The position numbers and the translations under genes were made by a program. A stretch of DNA of 59,758 nucleotides, from IMG/VR virus record IMGVR_UViG_3300025310_000004, positions 1 through 59,758 of that record; one strand, 5' to 3'. The notes beneath the pieces were generated by a model that did no database searches, was not told the origin of the DNA, and was given only the letters and a program-made list of their open reading frames with translations. Source of the stretch: a virus (Duplodnaviria > Heunggongvirae > Uroviricota > Caudoviricetes). Below, one piece after another: positions 17,303-26,049 of this stretch (position 1 is the stretch's first letter; each line of letters opens with the position of its first letter).

Positions 17303-17577
17303 TCGAACAAGCGACAACGCTCCGTGCGGGGCTTCTGAAACGAGTGCACGTCGATCAGCACCGGATCAAGTCCAACGCCAAGACGGGAGCCGATGAGCCG
17401 GTGCTCACCGTCCAGGCGGCTGGCGGACCCTACAAGGCCCACGAGGTCGAGGTCAACGGTCCGTCGAAGATCGTCTACGATGGGCGCACCCTCTCCTGCG
17501 GAGCCAAGTGCTGGATCGAGACGACCGCTGAGGTCACCACCGTGATCCGAGAGGGGGCGATCGAGGAGGTCGCATGA
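17299..17577 (+). CDS. Conserved phage hypothetical protein
   Basis: HVDQH.IK.N...PVLTV...GPS.IVY...LSCGAKCWIET. Confidence 0.75.
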   Translation: MIEQATTLRAGLLKRVHVDQHRIKSNAKTGADEPVLTVQAAGGPYKAHEVEVNGPSKIVYDGRTLSCGAKCWIETTAEVTTVIREGAIEEVA

Positions 17578-17777
17578 GGTCTGTCCGGTGCGGGTGCTGT
17601 GGGCGAGAGTCGTTCCGCTCACTCACCTGCACCGGAACGCCGTGCATCTACGCCTGCGATCGCTGCGACTACGTTCAGCACTGGCCCACCTACCGCCCAG
17701 AGCCGTTCGATTGGAGCCACGTCGAGCAGCAGCCGTCGCGCTGGGAGCGGATCAAGCAGCGATGGCGACGCCGTTGA
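17574..17777 (+). CDS. Cys-rich hypothetical protein
   Basis: ATGA overlap. Confidence 0.55.
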   Translation: MRSVRCGCCGRESFRSLTCTGTPCIYACDRCDYVQHWPTYRPEPFDWSHVEQQPSRWERIKQRWRRR

Positions 17778-17964
17778 TCTCGGTGATCTGGCTGAGGTAG
17801 CCCCAGCGCGTCTCGTCGGTGATCGAGTCGATGCAGACGAACCCTGGGAACCCGGCGTTGCAGCCAGACGCGTCAGGGACGTAGGCCGTGACGAGTCCGA
17901 TGCGCTCGATGGCGTCGAAGTCGAGGAAGGTGATGCGGTCACCTGGCTTTGGCGTTGCGATCAT
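17752..17964 (-). CDS. Hypothetical protein
   Basis: CGACGAAAGGAG RBS. Confidence 0.7.
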   Translation of the reverse strand: MIATPKPGDRITFLDFDAIERIGLVTAYVPDASGCNAGFPGFVCIDSITDETRWGYLSQITEINGVAIAA

Positions 17965-18013
17965 GGAAGTCTCCTTTCGTCGTAAGGGGACATGATACAC
18001 GACGACTGCGACA

Positions 18014-19087
18014 TCAGCCCGTCTTGCGCCGTGCCATCCAATCCTCACCGCCATCAGGCTCGCTCACCTTGGGCTGGCGCTTACCAGCGTCGCGGCGTCG
18101 AGCGCCGATCAACTGATCCCACCGCTCCCTGAACTTGGCAGCGCAGAGCACGTTGGTGGACCAGAACTGATCGTGGAAGGTCCAGGCGATCAGGATGCGG
18201 ATGTGGCGCAGCGACTTCTCGTCGTTGGTGAGCAGCAGGCGGAAGGGCTTGACTTCCTTCTGGGTGTAGGGGTTGGGCCTCTTGTTGCCCGCCCCGTCGC
18301 AGGCGTCAGCGAACTCCACGGCCAGTCGAACGCTGTCCACCAGCACCTCGACGGGGAATGACTTGCCCCGGTGGGTGGTCCAATCAGCAGCCCCCTTACC
18401 GAAGCCCTCGTACTTGCTCAGCAGGACTGCCTGCACGCCCTTGGGATCGTGGCCCTCCTCGATGAGAATAGCCATCGCCTCAGACACCTCTGGCGTGATA
18501 GGAGATGGGTGTGACAGCGGGGCGTCACTGGTAGTAGATGCCGCCCCCGACTCTCCGTCCACCGACGCATCGGCATCGTCCACCGACTTGTCGTAGTCAT
18601 CCACTACTTCACCGTCGGTGATAATAGTGTCCCTCGGCTGCGAAGCAGACGAGGAAGAAGATGGTTCTTCTGGGTCTGGTTCTCCTGGGTATGGTTCGTC
18701 TGACACCCACGACAGACCCCCCGTGACGGATTCGTCAGACCCCCCTTGCAACTCCTGTCCACCCCCCGTGACATTCTTGTCACCCCTCTGGATGGAGCGG
18801 AGGTAGTAGTAGTTGGAGGTCTGGGAGCCGTCATCGCGCTGACGCCGGACCACATCAACGGCACCAATGGCCTCAAGTTCAGCCAGGTGGCGGATGATGG
18901 TGCGCTCGGATGCCTCAAGTTCTGCGGCGATCTTCGCGTGTGACGGCCAGCACTCACCCCGCTTGTCTGCCCACTTGGCCCACATCAGGGCGAAGGTGAC
19001 GATGGCTCCGGGGGAGATGCCCGACTTGATGAGCCAGAGGGGGACGATTGCGAAGGGTCCGATGTCGGACCGAGTGTTGTTGCTCAC
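18014..19087 (-). CDS. Phage replication initiator (N-terminal wHTH, lambda O/replisome-organiser-like)
   Basis: FAIVP.W...CWPS..KIA..L..SERTI.R.L.EL...G; C-terminal FWSTNVLCAAKFRERWDQL. Confidence 0.8.
   Translation of the reverse strand: MSNNTRSDIGPFAIVPLWLIKSGISPGAIVTFALMWAKWADKRGECWPSHAKIAAELEASERTIIRHLAELEAIGAVDVVRRQRDDGSQTSNYYYLRSIQRGDKNVTGGGQELQGGSDESVTGGLSWVSDEPYPGEPDPEEPSSSSSASQPRDTIITDGEVVDDYDKSVDDADASVDGESGAASTTSDAPLSHPSPITPEVSEAMAILIEEGHDPKGVQAVLLSKYEGFGKGAADWTTHRGKSFPVEVLVDSVRLAVEFADACDGAGNKRPNPYTQKEVKPFRLLLTNDEKSLRHIRILIAWTFHDQFWSTNVLCAAKFRERWDQLIGARRRDAGKRQPKVSEPDGGEDWMARRKTG
18716..18790. repeat. Iteron-like repeats inside the initiator gene
   Basis: ACCCCCCGTGAC-type units at 18716, 18739, 18761, 18782. 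Confidence 0.6.
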
Positions 19088-19254
19088 TGGTTCTTCTCCC
19101 GGTGTTGACGGGAGTGCCGAGTGATCCGCTATGATCAGGGTTGCGCTGAGCGGACCGGGATGGCACAGGCTGGCACTCCCGAGGTCTATGGAGCCGGGGG
19201 TGGATCGCCCCCGGCTCCTCGCATTGTAGGCACAGGGTGACACCAGCGCCACAG

Positions 19255-19276
19255 TGTCGCACCCGTGTGGTATGGT
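19255..19276 (+). promoter_or_regulatory. Phage promoter TGTCGCACC-N7-TATGGT, divergent from the initiator
   Basis: Recurrent motif; a leftward TACAAT lies at 19223-19228. Confidence 0.7.
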
Positions 19277-19350
19277 GTCTGCGTCGGGCAACCGATGTGT
19301 TCATGGGAGGGGGGCAAGCCCCCCACTCTGAACTCCTTTCTGTCGGGTGA

Positions 19351-19374
19351 GGACCCCGCCTTCGGGCGGGGTTC
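19351..19374 (+). terminator. C(UUCG)G hairpin terminator
   Basis: GGACCCCGCC-TTCG-GGCGGGGTTC. Confidence 0.6.
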
Positions 19375-19465
19375 TTGCTGTCTGGGCGGAGAACGATCCT
19401 GGGGCCTCTATGTGGGGCGGCGGCCCGAGAACGATCCTCGGGACTTCATGTGGGGCGGCGGTGGA

Positions 19466-19493
19466 CGGCCAGTGGCTCGCCGGGGACTGGCCG
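19466..19493. repeat. CGGCCAGT-N12-ACTGGCCG dyad
   Basis: Exact 8-12-8 match. Confidence 0.75.
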
Positions 19494-19734
19494 CTGGGCG
19501 CGGGAATCGCCCCCGGCCCAGGGTCCCGAAACCCCCTGGGCCGGGGGAGCGCACCGCCACACCCTCCAAAGGAGGAAAGGTTGAGGTGGGCTTCCCTTGT
19601 AGTGCGCTTACGCTTGTCGTGCCTCGGCCAGCCTCGCCCGGATCGCCGCGATGATCGCAGCCACCCGCTCACGCTCCGCAGGAGTCGGGACGGGGCACGG
19701 CCCCCGGTGGTACCGGGGGTCGTTCCTCATCGGC

Positions 19735-20028
19735 TCAGCCACGGCGGGCCTTCCTCATGGCCTCTCGGTTGGCGGCCTCCCCGAGCACGTTCTCGGACAG
19801 GCCGTTGTCGAGCACCATCAAGGCGAACCGCTCGGCCTCTGCCGCGACTGCTCGCCAGCCGCCCTCGTCGGTCTTGGGATCGGTGGCGTCCACGTCGTCG
19901 TACCAGTCCCAGGGGGGACGGCCCGCGTGGAGCCTCGCCAGGTCCTCGGGGGTCATCTTGGCGATGGTGCTCAGGGCGTCGATGATGACGTGGAACACGT
20001 CGTCGGGGTGGATGGTCGGGGCGCTCAT
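19735..20028 (-). CDS. Hypothetical protein
   Basis: ATGA overlap. Confidence 0.65.
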   Translation of the reverse strand: MSAPTIHPDDVFHVIIDALSTIAKMTPEDLARLHAGRPPWDWYDDVDATDPKTDEGGWRAVAAEAERFALMVLDNGLSENVLGEAANREAMRKARRG

Positions 20029-20438
20029 CGGCCCATCTCCGACAGCAGGGCGTCGATGGCGTCGAGCAGGTCGTCCACCGTGGGGTCCTCGTCGGCCTCG
20101 TTGCCGCGCCGTTCGCGCAGGTCGGCGCTCAGGGCGGCGATGCGCTGGATGGGGGAGTCGTGCAGGGTCCCCAGGATCACCGAGCGGTTGATCGGGTCGA
20201 GGTCGTGGATCGTCCCGATGAACTCCTCGTAGGTCTGCCCGAAGGTGGCAGCCGGGGGTCCGTCGCTGGCGAAGTAGTCCACGATGATGCCCTCACCCGT
20301 GAAGGCGACCTGGATCGTCAGGTCGTCCTCGGTGCTCGGCTCCTCGTTGGGGATCGACACCTGCACGGTGGGGGTGGGTCCCTCCCACAGCACGGTCGGG
20401 GTGTGGTAGCCCAGCGGGCTTCGGTACGGATCGGTCAT
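20025..20438 (-). CDS. Hypothetical protein
   Basis: CGACGAAAGGAG RBS. Confidence 0.7.
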   Translation of the reverse strand: MTDPYRSPLGYHTPTVLWEGPTPTVQVSIPNEEPSTEDDLTIQVAFTGEGIIVDYFASDGPPAATFGQTYEEFIGTIHDLDPINRSVILGTLHDSPIQRIAALSADLRERRGNEADEDPTVDDLLDAIDALLSEMGR

Positions 20439-20473
20439 GGTGATCTCCTTTCGTCGGTGTGCCAACCTATTAT

Positions 20474-20493
20474 CCCCCGGCCGAAGCCGGGGG
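20474..20493 (-). terminator. C(UUCG)G hairpin
   Basis: CCCCCGGC-TTCG-GCCGGGGG. Confidence 0.55.
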
Positions 20494-20510
20494 GCAATAG
20501 GTCGTCTGGC

Positions 20511-21038
20511 TCAGGCTTGCGGGCAGGCGTTGCAGTCGCAGTCCGACAGATGGGACCGGGCATCCATGCGGGCGAAGATGGGAGCCATGGTGTTGCGCGA
20601 CTCCGCATCCTTGCGAGCAGCCTCGGGGTCGGTGTGCACCGCCATGATGATCTGCGCCTGCTCGGGGTCGCTGATCTGATCGACCACCGCCCACAGCGTG
20701 ACCTCTATGTCGGAGAACATCGTGTCGTTCCCGGCCATGAGCGTCTGCACGCCGTAGCGCGGCTTCGGGCGGTACTCGTCGGGGTCGTCGCAGTAGGACG
20801 TGGACAGCCCCGCCCCGGCGTAGCCACCGGGCAGCCTGCCCTCATGGGGGTGGACGTACCGCTCGGTCACCCGGAAGTGACCAGCGACTCCACCGCAGTC
20901 CCACGCCTCTTGCAACTCGCGGGTCAACTGCTCCACAGCAGCAGCCCCCGAGCCGTCGTGGTAGACCCCCGTGCCGTCGCAGTCGTCGGTCAGGTAGCGG
21001 TCGATGATGACGGTGTAGCGAGCGACGGGCGTGGTCAT
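20511..21038 (-). CDS. Hypothetical protein
   Basis: ATGA overlap, MTTPVARY... Confidence 0.65.
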   Translation of the reverse strand: MTTPVARYTVIIDRYLTDDCDGTGVYHDGSGAAAVEQLTRELQEAWDCGGVAGHFRVTERYVHPHEGRLPGGYAGAGLSTSYCDDPDEYRPKPRYGVQTLMAGNDTMFSDIEVTLWAVVDQISDPEQAQIIMAVHTDPEAARKDAESRNTMAPIFARMDARSHLSDCDCNACPQA

Positions 21039-21184
21039 GCCGCGCTCCGGTCCCGAGCAGCCGACTCGTCGGCCTTCCTCGCCGCATCGGCAGCGTTGCG
21101 CGCCGCCACGTTGTAGGTGCGGACCTCGCCGTTCACCATGCGCTGCACGGAGAAGATGCGGAGGCCGTTGGGAAGTTCGGTCAT
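21035..21184 (-). CDS. Hypothetical protein (49 aa)
   Basis: GAAGGGAG RBS. Confidence 0.65.
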   Translation of the reverse strand: MTELPNGLRIFSVQRMVNGEVRTYNVAARNAADAARKADESAARDRSAA

Positions 21185-21267
21185 GATGTGCTCCCTTCTG
21201 TCGGTGTGCCACCATATTGTCACCACGCCACAGGAGAGACAATAGGCCATTCGGTTCATTGACCCGG

Positions 21268-21289
21268 TGTCTCACCCGTCTGCTATGGT
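21268..21289 (+). promoter_or_regulatory. Phage promoter TGTCTCACC-N7-TATGGT
   Basis: Recurrent motif with no long ORF downstream. Confidence 0.65.
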
Positions 21290-21295
21290 GACGCC

Positions 21296-21425
21296 ACCGG
21301 CTAGGGAGTCGCTATGTGGAGGCCAGGTCGGTGCCACCCCGTTCCATGCGACTGAGGCCAGACCTCGATCCCGCCACTGAGGCCCACCGCGAAAGGTTCC
21401 CTTTCACCTGCGGTGGGCTTCTTTG
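21296..21425 (+). ncRNA. Candidate small RNA or 13-aa peptide transcript
   Basis: Promoter upstream, 11-bp hairpin 21380-21420 plus U-run; micro-ORF 21314..21355. Confidence 0.35.
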
Positions 21426-21524
21426 GTTCCCAGGGGCCAGTCGAGAACCCTTGGGGGCCAGTCGAACGCCCTCGGGAAAGAACCCCGGCACCCGCCCATC
21501 GAGCGCCGGGGTCCCCGCCCTAGA

Positions 21525-22016
21525 TCAGCAGCCCACCCAGGGTGCCTCGTCGGACAACTCCATGAACGGTGGCGCGTGCGGCGGTCGGTCGGCGTCGCCC
21601 ACCCCCCACCAATCGCTGCGGCAGTCGTCGCAGATCGGCACGAACTGGTAGGTCCACGGCCGCTCGGGATGGTCCGGCGTCGGGCAGCAAGCCACCTGTG
21701 GTGCGAGCACGGTTGCCGCGGGCGGAGAGATGGGGAACCGCTCGATGCACTGGCAGCAGCGCGTCGTGCGATCTTCCTCGCCTCCGTAGGGCAGGAACTC
21801 CGGGGTCCACCCGGACTTCATCATCTCGCCGTAGGCGCTCATCGCCAGGAAGGCGATGGCCTCGTACAGCGACCCGTGGTAGGTGTTGCCGTAGACGCCC
21901 AGGTCGCTCTCGCCGTCGGTGTCTCGGTGCTCGGGCTTCGATGCCGGAATCCAGGTTCGCCAGGTTCCGTCACCCATCTGCTCGATGCGGATGGCGTTGA
22001 GGTCGGTGTCGGTCAT
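21525..22016 (-). CDS. Hypothetical protein with a C-terminal Cys cluster
   Basis: CGACGAAAGGAG RBS. Confidence 0.7.
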   Translation of the reverse strand: MTDTDLNAIRIEQMGDGTWRTWIPASKPEHRDTDGESDLGVYGNTYHGSLYEAIAFLAMSAYGEMMKSGWTPEFLPYGGEEDRTTRCCQCIERFPISPPAATVLAPQVACCPTPDHPERPWTYQFVPICDDCRSDWWGVGDADRPPHAPPFMELSDEAPWVGC

Positions 22017-22155
22017 GTGGAACTCCTTTCGTCGTGGTGCCACCATATTGTCAGGTCGCTACGGAGAAGGCAATGAGCAATACGGCCCATGTACGCCACA
22101 CGTCGATGGTGTATAGTACGTCTTGTCAACGACACCCGACGAAAGGGGACACACC

Positions 22156-22482
22156 ATGACCACCGCTCAGCCCGGCTCCATCTCCCACGGCACCATGCGT
22201 GAGTGCGATCTGATCCCGACCTTCATGGCCGAACTCACCGAGTGCGACCCCAAGGCGGCGGCCCAGATCACCGACGAGTACGGCCAAGCCTTCATCGACC
22301 GCTGCTCGGACCCCAACGGTCTGGACTACAGCCTCACGAACGAGATGGACCGTCAGTCCTGGCTGATGGAGGCTCTGTTCGATGCGCTCGACGCGTGCTC
22401 GCCCGAGGGTCACTACTTCGGGGCGCACCCCGGCGACGGGGCCGACTACGGCTGGTGGGAGTCCGACGCCGACGAGTGGTGA
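22156..22482 (+). CDS. Conserved phage hypothetical protein
   Basis: SISHGT.R..DLIP...YFGAHPGDGADYGWW. Confidence 0.75.
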   Translation: MTTAQPGSISHGTMRECDLIPTFMAELTECDPKAAAQITDEYGQAFIDRCSDPNGLDYSLTNEMDRQSWLMEALFDALDACSPEGHYFGAHPGDGADYGWWESDADEW

Positions 22483-22486
22483 GTGC

Positions 22487-22504
22487 TGGGGGCTTCGGCC
22501 CCCA
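22487..22504 (+). terminator. C(UUCG)G hairpin
   Basis: TGGGGGC-TTCG-GCCCCCA directly after the stop. Confidence 0.6.
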
Positions 22505-22604
22505 CTCCACCCGCCACCCTGAGAACGCCTCGCGCTCGCGCTGACGCGTGTGGCTCCTGAGAACGCCTCGCGCTCGCGCTGACGCGTGGGAGGTGGGGGT
22601 GCTG

Positions 22605-22632
22605 CGGCCAGTGGGCCTCCCACAACTGGCCG
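22605..22632. repeat. CGGCCAGT-N12-ACTGGCCG dyad
   Basis: Exact match. Confidence 0.75.
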
Positions 22633-22682
22633 CCCCGGCCCGGCGAGGCCGGTGGCCGGGGGTCGCCCCCCGGCCCGGCCCC

Positions 22683-22883
22683 TCAGTACCGGAGTCGGCC
22701 CCCGTCGTAGTACCCCTCGCGGCGCTCGGGCACCTGACGCTCGTAGGCCCGGCTGATCCACTCGTCGTCCATCGGGCCGTCGTCCCAGCCGCCATCCTCG
22801 GCGCGCCAGCAGTAGTCGCTGCACCAGTAGAGGCCGTTCTCGCAGACCTCGCCGCACCCCTTGCAGTACCGAACCTTGTCCAT
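22683..22883 (-). CDS. Small Zn-finger protein
   Basis: CKGC...CSDYC, GAAAGGGG RBS. Confidence 0.7.
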   Translation of the reverse strand: MDKVRYCKGCGEVCENGLYWCSDYCWRAEDGGWDDGPMDDEWISRAYERQVPERREGYYDGGRLRY

Positions 22884-22992
22884 GGTGATCCCCTTTCGGT
22901 CGGGCCGCCCCGTGCGGCCTTACAAGAGACAGGGTACACCATGGGCGACCGATTACCATAGGTCATTCGGCACATCCTAGGGTTGACTACGA

Positions 22993-23037
22993 TGATCCAA
23001 ACGACCTATGGTCAGTGTCGCACCCGGCATGTACGAT
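22993..23037 (+). promoter_or_regulatory. Composite phage promoter
   Basis: TGATCCAAACGACCTATGG, TGTCGCACC-N7-TACGAT. Confidence 0.8.
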
Positions 23038-23083
23038 GCTCTCAGCAAGTCGCCACGGGGGCGGCTGCGGAAAGGGGAACACC

Positions 23084-23395
23084 ATGCTCACCATCCTCGC
23101 CAGGATCGCCACCGTCGCCTACGTCGGGGCGCTCGACTCCCAGGCGCTCACCACGACGTGCGCCATGCACAAGGGTGCCGATCCGGTGCTCGCCGCCACG
23201 GTGCGCTCGGCGCACGCCGCGACGGGAGCCGCGCTCGCGGTGGCGCTCGCCCCGTTCGGGGTGCAGCCGGGCGACAAGGTGCCGGGGTCGGAGTCGTCCT
23301 ACACCACGGCCGACGGTCGCACGGTGGTCCACTCGATGGACTACGCCACGGGTGCCCGCGTGTACGGGTCGCAGTTGATCGGCGGAGCCTCGTAG
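23084..23395 (+). CDS. Hypothetical protein
   Basis: GAAAGGGG RBS. Confidence 0.7.
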   Translation: MLTILARIATVAYVGALDSQALTTTCAMHKGADPVLAATVRSAHAATGAALAVALAPFGVQPGDKVPGSESSYTTADGRTVVHSMDYATGARVYGSQLIGGAS

Positions 23396-23446
23396 GCCAC
23401 CGGCCCGGTCCCCTCCGGGGGGCCGGGCCTGCCGACGGCCCACAGG

Positions 23447-23474
23447 CGGCCAGTTGCCCCACGGTCACTGGCCG
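23447..23474. repeat. CGGCCAGT-N12-ACTGGCCG dyad
   Basis: Exact match. Confidence 0.75.
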
Positions 23475-23582
23475 TCCCCTGGCTCGAATGAGCCGAATGA
23501 CCTATGGACCCCGTATTATCATCGGGTGTACCTTGGTCACATCGAGAGGGCGCACGGGGCGTCACCGAGAAGGGAGAACATC

Positions 23583-23897
23583 ATGGACACCATCTGGGCA
23601 GCCACCATCAACACCGAGGGCACCATCGAGTTCCTCACCGAGAAGCCGACCTACGAGGTCCTGCGCGACGCGGTGGGCGGCTACATCGCTCCGGTCACCT
23701 GCCCGCACGGCGACACCGTGTACGTCCACGACGAGGGCCTGCTCATGGGCCTGGACCCCAACATGGGGGCCATGCTCGTGTCGCAGTACCCGCTGCTCGT
23801 GGGCGACGCCATCGTCTGCGGCCCGCTGGACGACGAGGGCGACCACCTGCCCCTCACCGCTCCGGTGGTGCAGTTCCTCCGACGCCTGTCGGAGTGA
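23583..23897 (+). CDS. DUF3846-like protein
   Basis: LRDAVGGYI..V...DEGLLMGLDPN..A...LVGDAIVCG. Confidence 0.7.
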   Translation: MDTIWAATINTEGTIEFLTEKPTYEVLRDAVGGYIAPVTCPHGDTVYVHDEGLLMGLDPNMGAMLVSQYPLLVGDAIVCGPLDDEGDHLPLTAPVVQFLRRLSE

Positions 23898-24112
23898 GCC
23901 GACCGGCCCGGCCCCTCCGGGGGTCGGGCTTCGGCCCGCCACCACTGGCCGCCCCCTGCCCTGGGAGCCACTGGCCGGGGTGGGGCCGACAGCATCTCGT
24001 GACGAGAAACTGTCGAGCGAATGAGCCGAATGACCTATGGTCACGGTGGCGCACGTCCGGCATACTATCCACATCGGCACCACGGGGGTGCCCGACGAAA
24101 GGGGAATCCAAC

Positions 24113-24961
24113 ATGAGCGACACCGACACCCTGACCATGAGCACCGACGACGTGCTCGCCGCCATGCTCACCGAGAACACCGGGCGTCACATGCTCGACA
24201 GCGGTGGGGCCTACGGGCGCAACTTCGAGAGGAACGCGGGCAAGACCACCGCGGACTTCCTCGCCGCCCCGGAGGTGCACGTCGAAACGTGGGAGCGCGA
24301 CGGCGCGACCGTCGTGGAGTACGTCGTGCTCGACGTGTTCCACTTCCTGCGGCAGCGGTGTGAGTTCGACGCCGACCTCGACGCGCAGTTCCGCGAGTTC
24401 GCCATGAGCGACGAGTACCGCGACGAGTCGTGGTTCGCCTGCCTCGACGCGTGGCTCGACGCCATCGGTGCCCGCCTGGGGAACGATCGGCCCATGGTGG
24501 TGAACACCTACAACGGCGAGGACAACTTGTCACAGGTGATTCAGTACGCCGTGTTCGATCACCCGGAGACGGGCGATGCCATGGCGGCCATCGCGATCCA
24601 CGGGGGATGCGATGTCCGGGGCGGCTACACCGCGCCGCGCATGTTCGCCATCGGGGACCACTACGCGCTGTTCGACAACGCGGACCTTGAGGTCTACATG
24701 CGGGAGCCGGAGCCGGTCGTCGTGCCCGGTCAGGACCCGCTGTTCACCCTGCCCGCCCGGCCCGACCGATCGGTCAGCATCTCCATCCGCGGCGGCTACG
24801 GGGACCGCTACGCCGAACCCTACGATGACAAGTCGCTCGACGCGATCGACTTCGAGTTCGGGGCGACGCCGGTCACCGTGGAGGGCGACACCTACACCGT
24901 GGCCGATGGCCCGGCCAAGGGGTGGACCGTCCACTTCGATCCCCCGTTCCCCTGCGGCTGA
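24113..24961 (+). CDS. Conserved phage hypothetical protein
   Basis: MLTENTGRHMLDSGGAYGRN..., IHGGCDVRGGYT. Confidence 0.8.
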   Translation: MSDTDTLTMSTDDVLAAMLTENTGRHMLDSGGAYGRNFERNAGKTTADFLAAPEVHVETWERDGATVVEYVVLDVFHFLRQRCEFDADLDAQFREFAMSDEYRDESWFACLDAWLDAIGARLGNDRPMVVNTYNGEDNLSQVIQYAVFDHPETGDAMAAIAIHGGCDVRGGYTAPRMFAIGDHYALFDNADLEVYMREPEPVVVPGQDPLFTLPARPDRSVSISIRGGYGDRYAEPYDDKSLDAIDFEFGATPVTVEGDTYTVADGPAKGWTVHFDPPFPCG

Positions 24962-24982
24962 TCTTCCCCCCACCCCCGGCCC

Positions 24983-25017
24983 GGAACCCTCAACCTCAAC
25001 TAGAGGTTGAGGGTTCC
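24983..25017. repeat. Perfect copy of the 31-bp palindrome (15-bp arms including flanks)
   Basis: GGAACCCTCAACCTC-AACTA-GAGGTTGAGGGTTCC. Confidence 0.85.
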
Positions 25018-25036
25018 GGCGCGCCCGGCCCCTGGA

Positions 25037-25064
25037 CGGCCAGTACCCCCTGGGCTACTGGCCG
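25037..25064. repeat. CGGCCAGT-N12-ACTGGCCG dyad
   Basis: Exact match. Confidence 0.75.
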
Positions 25065-25155
25065 GGTGCTGGCCTAGGATGATCCGAATGACCTATGGAT
25101 CGCCTATTATCACTCCGGTAAGGTGGGGGCATCCCAACGACGAAAGGAGTTCACC

Positions 25156-25869
25156 ATGACCACCATCGAGATGTTCGAGGTCGGCGGCTGCGTCCGCGAC
25201 GAGTTCATGGGCAAGCGGTCCAAGGACGTGGACTTCGTGGTGCTCGCTCCTTCCTTCGACGCCATGCGCGCCGAGTTGGTCCGGCGGGGCTTCACGATCC
25301 ACGTCGAGAAGCCCGAGTTCGTCACCATCCGCGCGGGTGTGCCCAAGGGCGACCCCCTGCGGGAGCGCACCAAGGACGCGGACTTCGTGCTCGCTCGCAA
25401 GGATGGCCCCACGGCCGACGGCCGACGGCCCGAGTTCGTGGAGCCTGGCGACCTCATGGACGACCTCGCTCGCCGCGACTTCACGGTGAACGCGATCGCC
25501 CGAGCGGTGGACGGCCGGATCATCGACCCCTTCGGTGGTCGGGCTGACATCGAGTTCAGGCGGCTGCGCTTCGTGGGCGACCCCGTGGAGCGCATCACCG
25601 AGGATGGCCTGCGGGTACTGCGGGGCTTCCGCTTCATGGTGACCAAGGGACTCACCCCCACGGGTGAAACCCTGGAAGCCCTGACGCGGCCCCTGGCGAC
25701 CGAGATGCTGGCGAGGGTCAGCACCGAGCGCATCCGCGAGGAGGTGGAGCGCATGCTCGCCTTCGACACGCTCGCCACGCTGGACATCCTGAGCCACACC
25801 ATGCCCGTCGAGATGCGGGACGTGGTGTTCTCCGGTGGCCTGCGCCTGAGCGCCACCATGAAGGGGTGA
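25156..25869 (+). CDS. cca: Class II tRNA nucleotidyltransferase (CCA-adding/poly(A) polymerase family), short
   Basis: VGGCVRD..DVDF, DLARRDFTVNAIA, FVGDP.ERI.ED.LR.LR..RF, VS.ERI.EE. Confidence 0.9.
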   Translation: MTTIEMFEVGGCVRDEFMGKRSKDVDFVVLAPSFDAMRAELVRRGFTIHVEKPEFVTIRAGVPKGDPLRERTKDADFVLARKDGPTADGRRPEFVEPGDLMDDLARRDFTVNAIARAVDGRIIDPFGGRADIEFRRLRFVGDPVERITEDGLRVLRGFRFMVTKGLTPTGETLEALTRPLATEMLARVSTERIREEVERMLAFDTLATLDILSHTMPVEMRDVVFSGGLRLSATMKG

Positions 25870-25985
25870 GGGCTTCGGCCCCCACCCCTTCGGGGCGTGG
25901 AGCGGCCAGTCGAACCCTGGGGCGGCCAGTCGTGCTGGTGTGTGTCGCACTCGGACCGAATGATCCGAATGGCCCATACCCCCGG

Positions 25986-26007
25986 TGTCGCACCTATGCC
26001 ATACTCT
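25986..26007 (+). promoter_or_regulatory. Phage promoter TGTCGCACC-N7-TACTCT
   Basis: Preceded by GAATGATCCGAATGGCCCAT. Confidence 0.75.
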
Positions 26008-26049
26008 CCTTGTCGGCACGGGGCCGACGACGACGAAAGGAGCACCACC

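Noticed and set aside
16896-17343. Group I intron or intein hosting the LAGLIDADG ORF
   Set aside because: There is too little flanking RNA for an intron core, the ORF has its own start and stop, and the downstream gene has its own RBS and ATG.
24985-25015. SoxR or HspR (HAIR) operator identity for the 31-bp palindrome
   Set aside because: Half-site spacing and sequence do not match CCTCAA-N6-TTGAGG or CTTGAGT-N7-ACTCAAG.
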